NCBI GenBank assembly: GCA_017554185.1
Contig: JAFZIU010000028.1
Coordinates: 1 to 61,452, forward strand
Origin: Spirochaetia bacterium
GTDB taxonomy: Bacteria > Spirochaetota > Spirochaetia > CADAEX01
Length of the DNA stretch: 61,452 nucleotides
Reading direction: 5' to 3'
Position 1 is the stretch's first letter. The number at the start of each line of letters is the position of its first letter. Shown piece after piece: positions 9,825 to 19,208 of the stretch. The notes beneath the pieces were generated by a model. That model ran no database searches. It was not told where the DNA came from and was given only the letters and a program-made list of their open reading frames with translations. The position numbers and the translations under genes are program-made.

Positions 9825-11098
9825 TAGTTGATTATCCCTGTGACTGTGAATTCAGAAGGTTTATCTCCATCTTTCTTATGACTGAGGTTAAGCCTGAAAT
9901 TATCCAGCCTTATGATAAGTTCCCCGGTGAAAGAATCGGCAATCTCCTCCCCTATATCCCGCTTCCAGGTGAAGCTGGCCTGGAGGTACTCGAAATAGAG
10001 TCTGCACCCTGCAGTCACCACATCCCTGTAAAAGCGCTCATCCTCTATATACCACTGGTTTGAGAAGGAGAGACGGATGAAATCGGAATCGTAGACCATG
10101 CTCCCTGTATAATGCCTTTTCTCGGTGGTCTGTGACGTGTTGTCAAAGACTGTATCGGCGGCATAGGCGGCTGACAAGGTGAAGTCCCACAGGTATAGGG
10201 TCGACTTCAAAGTAAGATGACGGACAAAGTCGTTGTAGTACAGGTCCCTGCAATCGGGCCTCTTGTAGTCTGTATACCATACTCCGGCCAGCTTTAAAGG
10301 CTTCCAGGGGCGAAGCCATGCATCAACTCCATACTTGTACTGGGATGATGGAACAGAGCCGCCGGGGGCAAGATATTGGCCGGTAGTCCCGGAGAACATA
10401 AAGTTAAGCTCAAACAGGCTTTTGTAGAATAATGTAACATAATCCCGGTTGAAGAAGCCCCTTTCCACATAGTCCCCCCACGAGGAGCCTGCTGAAAGGG
10501 ATACAAGGAACCAGTCCTTCTCATAAATACAGTTGCAAAGCAGGTTCCAGAGTTCGGCTCCTCCTGCATTCTCGGGCCTTGAGAGGTACCATGATGATGG
10601 ACTTGAGTACTCCATTATATCGCTGTTCTCAAGAAGCAGGCTGAAAGAGAAATCATTTATGGTGGCACCTGCCAGGATGCCCCGCAAATACTGATTATCC
10701 CTGTCTCCAAGGGAAAAACAGGTAAGCCCTGGAAGCGGTCTGGCAAAAACTCCGTATAAGCCGCTTTCCCCAATGCTCCGGTCCAGAACCAGCCTTGCGT
10801 TCTCAAAGAAGACCTCGGAGGTGGGAGAATAGCCGCAGGGATTCATGGCCTCGGTCAGAAGGCCACGGGTCTTGAGATGACCGAATCCGAACCAGGGAGT
10901 GACTGCCGAGACTGCATTAAACTCATTCTCTGCAGTTTTCTCTGATACTGCACAGACCTCAAGAGACTCCCCTCTGACATCAAGGCGCCTCTTGATAACC
11001 TTATCGGAAGAGCATTCCGACTTTGCCTCAAGATGTACATCTGCCCGGCAGAAAGCAGGCAGAAGAAGCAGAAATAATACGATACCTATACCTTTCAT
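9821..11098 (-). CDS. Hypothetical exported protein, candidate outer-membrane beta-barrel
   Basis: Signal peptide; aromatic/Gly-rich alternating strands; ends EFTVTGIINY. Confidence 0.55.
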   Translation of the reverse strand: MKGIGIVLFLLLLPAFCRADVHLEAKSECSSDKVIKRRLDVRGESLEVCAVSEKTAENEFNAVSAVTPWFGFGHLKTRGLLTEAMNPCGYSPTSEVFFENARLVLDRSIGESGLYGVFARPLPGLTCFSLGDRDNQYLRGILAGATINDFSFSLLLENSDIMEYSSPSSWYLSRPENAGGAELWNLLCNCIYEKDWFLVSLSAGSSWGDYVERGFFNRDYVTLFYKSLFELNFMFSGTTGQYLAPGGSVPSSQYKYGVDAWLRPWKPLKLAGVWYTDYKRPDCRDLYYNDFVRHLTLKSTLYLWDFTLSAAYAADTVFDNTSQTTEKRHYTGSMVYDSDFIRLSFSNQWYIEDERFYRDVVTAGCRLYFEYLQASFTWKRDIGEEIADSFTGELIIRLDNFRLNLSHKKDGDKPSEFTVTGIINY

Positions 11099-11192
11099 AT
11101 ATGTATCTACAACAAAAAAATCATTTTTGCTTCAATTTTTAAAAAAATTTTTTCTATTGAAAATCAGCCATTTAAAGATTAATATATTAGTA

Positions 11193-11726
11193 ATGAATTT
11201 ATATGTTATCCAGGTTAAAACTGGAAAAGAAGATACATACATAAAACTCTGGGAAAGGAAGAAGGGTCACCTCCCCTTAAGAATCTTCTGGCTCAGGAAA
11301 GAGCTTATGATAAGGAAGAACGGCCACACCCACAAAGGGCTTAAGTCGATTTTCCCAGGCTATCTTTTCCTTGAGGCCGAGAAAATCGATCCCGACACTT
11401 TCCAGGAATTCAGGCATATCAATTATTTCAGCCGTTTTCTCAAGGCAGACAAGACTATATGCCCGCTGCCGCTGGACGAGGCAAAAAGAATATACGAACT
11501 GGCCAAATATGGCCGCGTGATCGGTCAGTCCAAGGTTATTTACAACGAACAGGACAGGATTGTAGTAATAGATGGCCCTATGAAAGGGCTTGAGGGTCAG
11601 ATCATAAAAGTTGACAGGCGCAAGAAGCGGGCAAAGGTGCGGTTCTCGCTTTATAACAACCCATATCCTATTGACCTGGGCTTTGAGGTTCTGGAAGTGT
11701 CAGAGGGGGCAGAAAATGTGGGATAA
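11193..11726 (+). CDS. loaP: NusG paralogue, LoaP-type antiterminator
   Basis: YVIQVKTGKE and IFPGYLF (NGN domain); IGQSKV..DRIVVIDGPMKGLEGQIIKVDRRKKRAKV basic KOW domain typical of LoaP. Start reset to ATG 11193. Confidence 0.82.
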   Translation: MNLYVIQVKTGKEDTYIKLWERKKGHLPLRIFWLRKELMIRKNGHTHKGLKSIFPGYLFLEAEKIDPDTFQEFRHINYFSRFLKADKTICPLPLDEAKRIYELAKYGRVIGQSKVIYNEQDRIVVIDGPMKGLEGQIIKVDRRKKRAKVRFSLYNNPYPIDLGFEVLEVSEGAENVG

Positions 11727-13671
11727 CAGGAATTCTCTCTACCTTTCACTTTACAGGGCGTCGATCTTCTGCGGCGAGATAAAGAATATACAGATTCCAG
11801 ACAATCTGCCGGCCGGATGCAGTGTCATATCCTACAGCGACCTGCCCCAGAAGGAATTCGATATATTGGGAAGCAGGTTCCCGATGCTCTGCAACGGGTA
11901 TGTGAATTATCAGGGCGAGCCCATCTTCATTATAGCGGCCAAGAACCAGGATGATGCAGAATCTGTCTCCAGGCAGATACAGGTGGAATACCAGCCCAGC
12001 ACCCCTCTTTTCTTTGACAGCGATTTTGCAGAGGGCCAGGTTGTAAAGGAAAGGAACGAGACCTGGACCTATGATGATAAGGAAATAGACCCTGAGAAGG
12101 TGCTGACAGTGGAGACCCTGACATCAGGCGACCTCTATAAGCCTGTATACAACGATCCTATCGGTGTTACAATCTTCTCCGAAGCTGATTCTGTCTCTGT
12201 AACGACAGCAACCCAGTGGCCTCATCATGTCCGCTCCACAGTAAGCAATATCCTTGGGATGGCCGAAGACAAAGTACAAGTAAATGTACCGCAGATTGCA
12301 TCTCCTATGGAGGGGCGCCTATGGTTCCCGTCCTACCTGGCAGCCCTGGCCGCCTCGGTTGTGGCACTGCGTCCCGGAGAATCGGTGCGCCTTATCCTTT
12401 CCAAGGAAGAGGTGCAGCAGTATATAGGGGCCCAGTATCCGTTCAAGATAAAGCATACTTCGCTGGTGGACAAGGATACAGGCGCCATACTCCAGTGCAC
12501 AGTTGACCTGGCCATAAATGCAGGGGCCTATCCTCTGTTCGAAGACGAGATAATGGAGAACGCCCTTATAAGCATAATGGGGCCGTATAAGGTGAACAAG
12601 GTTCTGATACGGGAACAGCTTATAAAGACCAGCTATCCCCCTATGTTCTTCATAACAGGAAACAAATTCACCCAGATACTGGCCGGCATCGAGACCCATG
12701 TAAACAAGATTATCTCCTTGACCGACCTGTTCCCGGACGAATGGCGGATGGAGAACATAGCCAAGACCTCGGCCAAGGCTGGAAACATTGTTATAGAAAA
12801 AGCGACCAAAAACGCCGATTTCCAGCGCAAGTTTGCTTCCTATGAACTTGCCAAGCAGAACCGGCTTAAGGGAATAGGATCAGACCGATACTACCGCGGC
12901 ATTGGACTGGCTTTTGCCACATACAAGGCTACCAGCGGCTTCAGCAATAAGATATGCACCCCATTCACAGGAAAGCTTACGCTGGATGACAACTGGCAGG
13001 TTTACTACTCCACCGCCACAGTGCCCCAGAACTTCTTTGAATACACCCTGTGGAAAAAAGTGATAAACAAGATAACTGAGCTTGATGAAAAAACCATCCA
13101 TCTGATGCCCCATGATACAGCATCAAACGAAGACTCAATCCCCGACATCCTTGGCGAGATGACCAAGGGGCCTATCCAGCTTGTTCAGCAATGCAGCAGA
13201 AAGCTTCAGGAGCTCCGGGTAAGTACACCGCTGCCGATAACTGTTGAAGAGAGCTACGACCCTACCTATGATATAAATGCTGCAGTCTGGGGAGCTGCAA
13301 TAGTAGAAGTCTCTGTGGATATAATAACCTACAAGCCGTCAATAAAGGGAATATGGACCTGCTTTGATGTGGGTGACACCATCAATGAAGATATTTCCAA
13401 GCACTTTCTTATGCAGCGGATAATAAACAGCCTTTACTGGTGCACAAACCAGGGAGATGACGACACTTCATCATGGAAATTTGCAAACCTTCCTATAAGC
13501 ATAAGCCTTATCAACAGCCAGGGTGCCGACACCATCAACTATTGCGGCGACATTCCGTTTGGAATAATCCCTTCGGCTTACTGCAATGCCTTAAGCCAGG
13601 CTGTGGGAAAAGTGATCACCGATATGCCTGTGACACCTGAAAAACTGTACCGGATGGTGGAGGAACAATGA
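11716..13671 (+). CDS. Xanthine dehydrogenase/CoxL-like molybdopterin-binding subunit, degenerate
   Basis: VNYQGEPIFIIAA, ATQWPH, NAGAY, RGIGLA, SQAVG..ITDMPVTPEKL give the fold; Moco motifs altered. Start ATG 11716 overlaps loaP. Confidence 0.75.
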   Translation: MWDNRNSLYLSLYRASIFCGEIKNIQIPDNLPAGCSVISYSDLPQKEFDILGSRFPMLCNGYVNYQGEPIFIIAAKNQDDAESVSRQIQVEYQPSTPLFFDSDFAEGQVVKERNETWTYDDKEIDPEKVLTVETLTSGDLYKPVYNDPIGVTIFSEADSVSVTTATQWPHHVRSTVSNILGMAEDKVQVNVPQIASPMEGRLWFPSYLAALAASVVALRPGESVRLILSKEEVQQYIGAQYPFKIKHTSLVDKDTGAILQCTVDLAINAGAYPLFEDEIMENALISIMGPYKVNKVLIREQLIKTSYPPMFFITGNKFTQILAGIETHVNKIISLTDLFPDEWRMENIAKTSAKAGNIVIEKATKNADFQRKFASYELAKQNRLKGIGSDRYYRGIGLAFATYKATSGFSNKICTPFTGKLTLDDNWQVYYSTATVPQNFFEYTLWKKVINKITELDEKTIHLMPHDTASNEDSIPDILGEMTKGPIQLVQQCSRKLQELRVSTPLPITVEESYDPTYDINAAVWGAAIVEVSVDIITYKPSIKGIWTCFDVGDTINEDISKHFLMQRIINSLYWCTNQGDDDTSSWKFANLPISISLINSQGADTINYCGDIPFGIIPSAYCNALSQAVGKVITDMPVTPEKLYRMVEEQ

Positions 13672-14153
13672 TAATCAGATTCATGCTGAACAATATGAAG
13701 AAGAATCTGGATGCAGATCCTGCCGACAAGCTTTCGGATGTGCTCCGCGATGATTTCGGACTCCAGTCGGTGAACAGCTGCTGCAACACAGGACGCTGCG
13801 GAGGCTGCACAGTGCTCAAGGACAACCTTCCGGTGCCTGCCTGCATGGTGCGTATGTTCTCGGTCCGCAACTCCAGCATACTTACATATGAATATATCTC
13901 AACCACCAAGGAATTCGAGACCATAACCAATGTGCTGGAAGCCATGGGCTGCAACTTCTGTGATTTCTGCAAGCATGGAAAGCTGATAACCATCTATTCA
14001 TTGATCATGAACTCTGTCCCCCTGACAGAAAAGGAAATATATGAGGCCCTCTCTGGAAATATCTGCAACTGCACCGATTTCCAGACCCTGGCCGGAGCTA
14101 TCAGGCTGGCTGTTAATTCCATAAAGCGAGGTAAACGTGCTGAACGGAAATGA
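13668..14153 (+). CDS. CoxS/XdhC-like 2x[2Fe-2S] subunit
   Basis: CNTGRCGGC...PAC and CDFC...GNICNC cysteine motifs. Confidence 0.88.
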   Translation: MIIRFMLNNMKKNLDADPADKLSDVLRDDFGLQSVNSCCNTGRCGGCTVLKDNLPVPACMVRMFSVRNSSILTYEYISTTKEFETITNVLEAMGCNFCDFCKHGKLITIYSLIMNSVPLTEKEIYEALSGNICNCTDFQTLAGAIRLAVNSIKRGKRAERK

Positions 14154-14991
14154 CAAGATAAAATTCATCTACTACACTCCGGACAATGTGACCGGCCTTC
14201 TCAAGACAATGAATGCCTGCAGATCATACCGGCTGTGCTTTGACGACCTGAACAGTGTCGATATAATCGACAGGACAGCACCTGATACACCGCTGGCCAA
14301 AGCTATATATCCAGGATATGTTCCAGAGCTTTCTGCCCTTAAGCGGAGCGAGCGGTTATTCGAGATAGGACCTGAAATCAAGATCAACGAGCTCCTTAAG
14401 AAGGGAGCCACAGTGCTTCCCCCTATCCTTATCAGGGCCCTTACCGAATGTGCTCCCCCGAATGTTCGCAACATCCTTTCAATAGGCGGCGTCATCTGCG
14501 CCCCTAAGATAAGGAACAGCGTATTTGCTGCCCTATCCATACTAAACGCCAAGGCAGAGATATCCTCCTATACCACCGCCAACCTGCGCTTCCTGGTGCC
14601 AATCCAGCAGCTTTTCAAGGAAGATGGACTGGACCTTAAGCCTGGAGAGATGATCATAAAGATCAGGATTCCTTACGAGGATTATGATGTGGATTACTAC
14701 AATGAGATCCAGGACAAGAAGACTGTAATAACATTTGTAGGAACTGCCTCCACCTTCCGCGGCACCATCTCTGTATGCAAGTTTGCCATAGGCAACTGGG
14801 GAGATGACATTATCCGCGAGACCGAGATCGAAAACGGCCTTGTAGAGCAGAAGCTCCCTATACCCGAGAAGATAATCGAGGGCTGGACAGAGAAGTTTGC
14901 CAACATGTTCACAGAGAAATATACCTCCTTCTCCCCTTATGTCCAGAAATCCCTTATAAATATGTTCAATGAATTCTTAAGCCGCCTGTAG
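14137..14991 (+). CDS. CoxM/XdhB-like FAD-binding subunit, degenerate
   Basis: PNVRNILSIGG and LKPGEMIIKIRIP motifs plus operon position; the N-terminal AGGT motif is absent. Confidence 0.7.
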   Translation: MLNGNDKIKFIYYTPDNVTGLLKTMNACRSYRLCFDDLNSVDIIDRTAPDTPLAKAIYPGYVPELSALKRSERLFEIGPEIKINELLKKGATVLPPILIRALTECAPPNVRNILSIGGVICAPKIRNSVFAALSILNAKAEISSYTTANLRFLVPIQQLFKEDGLDLKPGEMIIKIRIPYEDYDVDYYNEIQDKKTVITFVGTASTFRGTISVCKFAIGNWGDDIIRETEIENGLVEQKLPIPEKIIEGWTEKFANMFTEKYTSFSPYVQKSLINMFNEFLSRL

Positions 14992-16848
14992 TCAATCTGC
15001 CAGAAGCAGCGTGAAGCCCGGCACATATGTGATCACAAATACGGTGAGCAGCATGATCAGGAAGAAAGGCACCACTGCCCTGTACATCTTATCAAGCGGC
15101 ACGTTGAAACGGTAGCTTGCCAGGAACAGGTTGAGCCCCACCGGCGGTGTTATGTATCCCAGCTCAAGGTTTGCCAGGAATATTATGCCCAGGTGGATAG
15201 GATGGATGCCGAAAATCTCTCCCAGGGGGATAATGAGCGGCACCACCACCATGATGGCAGAATAGATATCCATGAAGCAGCCAACTAAAAGCAGTGCAAT
15301 GTTAAGCAGGAACAGGAACAGTATCTTGGAATGAATGTGCTGGGCAATCCAGTCGGCAAAGCGCTGGGGAATCTGCTCATCTATCATGTAGTAGGAAAGG
15401 ACCTTGGCCATTCCCAGGATTATAAGGATTCCTGCAATGATGGGGACGCTCTTGCGTGCAATGGTGAACATATCCTTTAAGTGGAGCTCCCGCTTGATCA
15501 CAAACTCAACCAGCATAGTGTATAGGACAGCCACTGCCCCGGTCTCCACCAGTGTGGTGAGCCCCGAGAAATAGGAGAAAATGATGATGAATGGAAGCAG
15601 GATCTCCCAGAATGATGCGACAAAGCTTGATGCACATTCAGAGGCTGTGGACTTTACCCTTTTTATAGGGTGCTTCGAGATATAGATGAACCCTGTGATG
15701 ACCAGTGAAAGCACCAGAAGAAGCCCGGGGATGATTCCTCCCAGGAACATAGCCTTTATATCAAGCTGCGCAATAATACCATAGAGAATCATGGGCAGGC
15801 TGGGCGGGAACAGAAGCCCGATGCTTCCGGCAGAACAGAGAAGCCCGTTCCTGTACCTCTCCTCTATTCCATTCTTCTCAAGGATGGCAGAAAGGAGGCC
15901 GCCGATAGCCAGGATAGTGACCCCGGATGCCCCGGTGAATACAGTGAAGAAAGCACATATTACAACTGTGGCTATGATAATGCCGGCCGGCATCCAGCCG
16001 AAGAAAGCATTGAAAGTCCTTATAAGCCTGTCCCCTGCCTTGCTCTCGGACAGGATGAAGCCTGTAAGGGTAAAGAGCGGGATAGCCGGCACTGTGTTGC
16101 CTATGAGCATGGTGTAGAATTCGTTGGCCGAGATTTCGGCATAGCTGCCGGAAGCAGTTATAAGCATATAGGCTATTCCGCCAAGCACTGCAAAGATAGG
16201 GGCTCCCAGCACTCCTGCTGCGATGAAGAGAAGAAGGAGCGGAAGCTTAAGGGTGCTTACTGAAATAACAGAGACATCGGAAAGTGTCCATGCCCATGAC
16301 GGTGCATCGCCGGCTATATCACAGATACAGTTTACAAGCGGCGATACCGATATCCACAGTGCGGCAGCTATGCCGGCACACAGTGCAATCAGGCGCCCCT
16401 TTGATACAGTCTTCCTCTGCATTTCCCGTATAATCACCAGCAGGAACCCAACCGGCATAATTACATTTACAAGCCGCTGGCTCAGTACACCAATCTTATC
16501 CTCGGGGGTAAAGCCCATCTTAAGGAATACAGAAGAGACAATAAAGAAGGCACCTGCAACCAGAACCACAATAAAGAGAGATAGGGCTTCTGCAAATTTC
16601 TTTCCTTTCTCGGAAAGGAACTTGGTGCAGAATTCTATCTTCATATGGCGGTCGGTGAATGAATTGACCGCAGCCCCCAGCAGAGTGAGCCACAGCACTA
16701 TATGGCGGGTGTATTCATAACCTCCCTTGAGCCCTATTCCAAACAGCTTGCGGATAATGATCTCCGCTGTGGGAATACCGGCCAGAAGCACTATGAGGAA
16801 TGCAGATATGTAAACCTCAAACAGAGGTCTATTTCTTTCTGTACTCAT
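14992..16848 (-). CDS. TRAP transporter fused small+large permease (TatQM/DctQM)
   Basis: AIPLF, GLLFPPSLP, TTLVE and GYITPPVGLNLF DctM motifs, preceded by a four-helix DctQ part. Confidence 0.92.
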   Translation of the reverse strand: MSTERNRPLFEVYISAFLIVLLAGIPTAEIIIRKLFGIGLKGGYEYTRHIVLWLTLLGAAVNSFTDRHMKIEFCTKFLSEKGKKFAEALSLFIVVLVAGAFFIVSSVFLKMGFTPEDKIGVLSQRLVNVIMPVGFLLVIIREMQRKTVSKGRLIALCAGIAAALWISVSPLVNCICDIAGDAPSWAWTLSDVSVISVSTLKLPLLLLFIAAGVLGAPIFAVLGGIAYMLITASGSYAEISANEFYTMLIGNTVPAIPLFTLTGFILSESKAGDRLIRTFNAFFGWMPAGIIIATVVICAFFTVFTGASGVTILAIGGLLSAILEKNGIEERYRNGLLCSAGSIGLLFPPSLPMILYGIIAQLDIKAMFLGGIIPGLLLVLSLVITGFIYISKHPIKRVKSTASECASSFVASFWEILLPFIIIFSYFSGLTTLVETGAVAVLYTMLVEFVIKRELHLKDMFTIARKSVPIIAGILIILGMAKVLSYYMIDEQIPQRFADWIAQHIHSKILFLFLLNIALLLVGCFMDIYSAIMVVVPLIIPLGEIFGIHPIHLGIIFLANLELGYITPPVGLNLFLASYRFNVPLDKMYRAVVPFFLIMLLTVFVITYVPGFTLLLAD

Positions 16849-17812
16849 TTACAATTGCTATTATCTTATCATAAAGATCTTTGGAGATAAGCTCCCGGGA
16901 GAAGGCATCGCTTCCATCATGGCTCAGCTTAAGCCATTCCTGGGAAACAGAATCGGAAACCTCGTGGATCTGGAGGCCGTTCTTCTTCATCACTTCAATA
17001 GCCTTTGCCTCGTCCACTTTTATTATGTCGTAGAACTCCCCTGCTATCTCGGCAGTCCGCTGCTTAAGGGACTCCCTATATTTGGCAGGAACCCGGTTCC
17101 AGGCCTTTTTCTCCACGACAAAAGCACAGTAGACAGGTGCTATCTTATGCTCGCACATATGGGGTGCTGTCTTTATCAATCCCATGGAGGAGGCAGCCAG
17201 CGGTGTCAAATAGAGGGCATCTATCATTCCGCTGTAGAGGGATGCCACCAGGTCGTTGAAGGAGAGCGGGATGGCCCGGAACCCCAGCTCGGTCCAGATC
17301 TTGCTTATCCGGCCGTCTGTATCAATGGCTATCTTTTCCTTCCTGAGGTCATCGGGGCCCACAACAGGATCCCGGGAGAAGAAGTTCACCCATCCGGTCA
17401 TAGCCCAGCCCAGGGTCACAAAACCCTGCCTATCCAGAATCTGCTCAAAGTCGCCTTTAACCTTGTCAAAAACATACTCAAACTCAGCATCGTCCTTGAC
17501 AATGTATGGAAGACACATGGCAAAGGTGTTTGAATCAATATTTTTCAAGCCCTGGGCTGTGATGGCGCAGGCATTGAGGCCACCCACCTTCATGGCCCGG
17601 ATCATGTTGTCCTCGTCCCCTACTGTGCCGCCCAGATAAAGCTTAAGCTGGACCTCGCCGTTTGTTATGCGCTTCCATTCAGAGGCAATCTCCCGCAGCT
17701 TTATATCCCAAAGAGAACCGGTGGGGGCAATGGTACCCAGCTTTATTACAGTTCCAGCATAAGAAGAGATAAGTGAACAGAACAAGAAGATAAAGACAAA
17801 CAGTTTTTTCAT
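16829..17812 (-). CDS. TRAP substrate-binding protein (TatP/DctP)
   Basis: Signal peptide; IKLGTIAPTGSLW and LYLGGTVGDE motifs. Confidence 0.9.
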   Translation of the reverse strand: MKKLFVFIFLFCSLISSYAGTVIKLGTIAPTGSLWDIKLREIASEWKRITNGEVQLKLYLGGTVGDEDNMIRAMKVGGLNACAITAQGLKNIDSNTFAMCLPYIVKDDAEFEYVFDKVKGDFEQILDRQGFVTLGWAMTGWVNFFSRDPVVGPDDLRKEKIAIDTDGRISKIWTELGFRAIPLSFNDLVASLYSGMIDALYLTPLAASSMGLIKTAPHMCEHKIAPVYCAFVVEKKAWNRVPAKYRESLKQRTAEIAGEFYDIIKVDEAKAIEVMKKNGLQIHEVSDSVSQEWLKLSHDGSDAFSRELISKDLYDKIIAIVNEYRKK

Positions 17813-17821
17813 ACAATCACC

Positions 17822-18751
17822 TTAAAATCCAAATAAGAAATAATCATCCCGGTTCTCTAAAAGCCAGGCTGCCTTCTGCTGGCTTATTATATTGGCCAGC
17901 CGGTTCTCTTTTACGCTTTCCACATCCCGCTCAAGCACTTTTTCAAGCACGGCGGTGAACTCGTCGTAGCCCTCCTGGTTCTGCTTCTTGGTGCAGATTG
18001 TGCTGGCGTAGGAGACATGGATGGATACCAGGCTGTCATTGGAAAGCTCCAATGCGTGCTTATAGTGATAGAGGGCTTTATCCATGCTGCCTCCCATCCC
18101 TTCCGGCATAGAGGCATAATACTGCATCATGATTTCGTCCAGCATGCCGTTGCCAAAGTCGGGGTCCAGCTCCAGGGCCTTGAACAGCATTTTGACTGCG
18201 CCATCACGGTCGGCAGCAAAATTGGGATCCAGCACATCGGTGGAGACGCCGGCTAGCACTGCCGCCCCGCCCCAGTACAGGTCTGCTGCATCCTCTTTCT
18301 TGAACCCTGCGAAGGCATTCTCGTAATCGGCGCTGTCAAAAGCAGCCTTAAAGCCCTTATGCTTAAGATCCAGGGCTTCCATTATGTAGTCGTAGCCGCG
18401 GCGGTAGTGCTTCTTGGCCCTGTCGTAAAGCTCTTTCTGGGTTTCCCACTCCTCGTAGGGGAGCATGGCTCCCTTTCCCTGCAGCCAGACGTTGGCATAC
18501 ATTACGTACATGCTGCCGGCGGTGGATTTGATGGCGCTGTTGTCGGGCGATGTTGCGGCCAGCATATCCATCATCTTAAGGATTACAGGGAAAGCTTCGC
18601 CCACCAGCACCGGGTCGTTATCCTCCATGAACACTGCGGTGGCATCGCCTGACATATTCTTGGCCATGGAGTTTACAGCCATCTTCTTTATTGAACAGGA
18701 GAATAAAAGCACTGTTACTGCCAGAAGTGCAATAAAATGTCTAACTTTCAT
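17822..18751 (-). CDS. tatT: TRAP-associated TPR lipoprotein TatT
   Basis: Lipobox LFSC; EDNDPVLVGEAFP; GGSMDKALYHY..ALEL; located directly upstream of tatP-tatQM. Confidence 0.85.
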   Translation of the reverse strand: MKVRHFIALLAVTVLLFSCSIKKMAVNSMAKNMSGDATAVFMEDNDPVLVGEAFPVILKMMDMLAATSPDNSAIKSTAGSMYVMYANVWLQGKGAMLPYEEWETQKELYDRAKKHYRRGYDYIMEALDLKHKGFKAAFDSADYENAFAGFKKEDAADLYWGGAAVLAGVSTDVLDPNFAADRDGAVKMLFKALELDPDFGNGMLDEIMMQYYASMPEGMGGSMDKALYHYKHALELSNDSLVSIHVSYASTICTKKQNQEGYDEFTAVLEKVLERDVESVKENRLANIISQQKAAWLLENRDDYFLFGF

Positions 18752-19208
18752 CTTTTTCTCCTTTCAGCTTCTTGGTAAGCAGGGCATCAAAGGCATTGGC
18801 AAACTGGAAAAGCTCCTTTTTCCCGAAGCTGTTGACCTCTTCCGTCTTAAGTCCGTTCTGGGCAAGCTCCAGCATGTAGTTGCGGATCGAAACCCGCTCC
18901 CTGATGTTCTCGGCTGTATACTGGGTACCCCGGTCGTTGACCACCGCCACCTTCTTCTCCACCAGGCGCTCTGCCAGAAGGATATCCCTGGTGACTGCAA
19001 TATCACGCTCTGCAATGTGGTCTACGATGTAATCGTCAGCCTTGTCCTTCCCCTCTTCTACTATTATATCATGGGTAAAGGCATTTGTGCCATGCGGAAT
19101 TTTATGGTTTGCCACAAAAAAGGCAAGGCTTTTGGTCCGTTCTGCTGCCTTTACTATAATTTCACGCACCTGTGAGGGGCAGGAATCGCAGTCGACAAAT
19201 ATTTTCAT
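18741..19208 (-). CDS. YaiI/YqxD (DUF188) family protein
   Basis: IFVDCDSCP, DKADDYIV and VTRDILLA motifs. Confidence 0.88.
   Translation of the reverse strand: MKIFVDCDSCPSQVREIIVKAAERTKSLAFFVANHKIPHGTNAFTHDIIVEEGKDKADDYIVDHIAERDIAVTRDILLAERLVEKKVAVVNDRGTQYTAENIRERVSIRNYMLELAQNGLKTEEVNSFGKKELFQFANAFDALLTKKLKGEKDES

Noticed and set aside
10899-11192. N-terminal extensions in the ORF track (loaP 10899, XDH-like 11611, manA 20545, Crp/Fnr 34348, plsC 44469, thioesterase 44053)
   Set aside because: They overlap neighbouring genes or promoters; family homology and promoter/SD positions point to the downstream ATGs.
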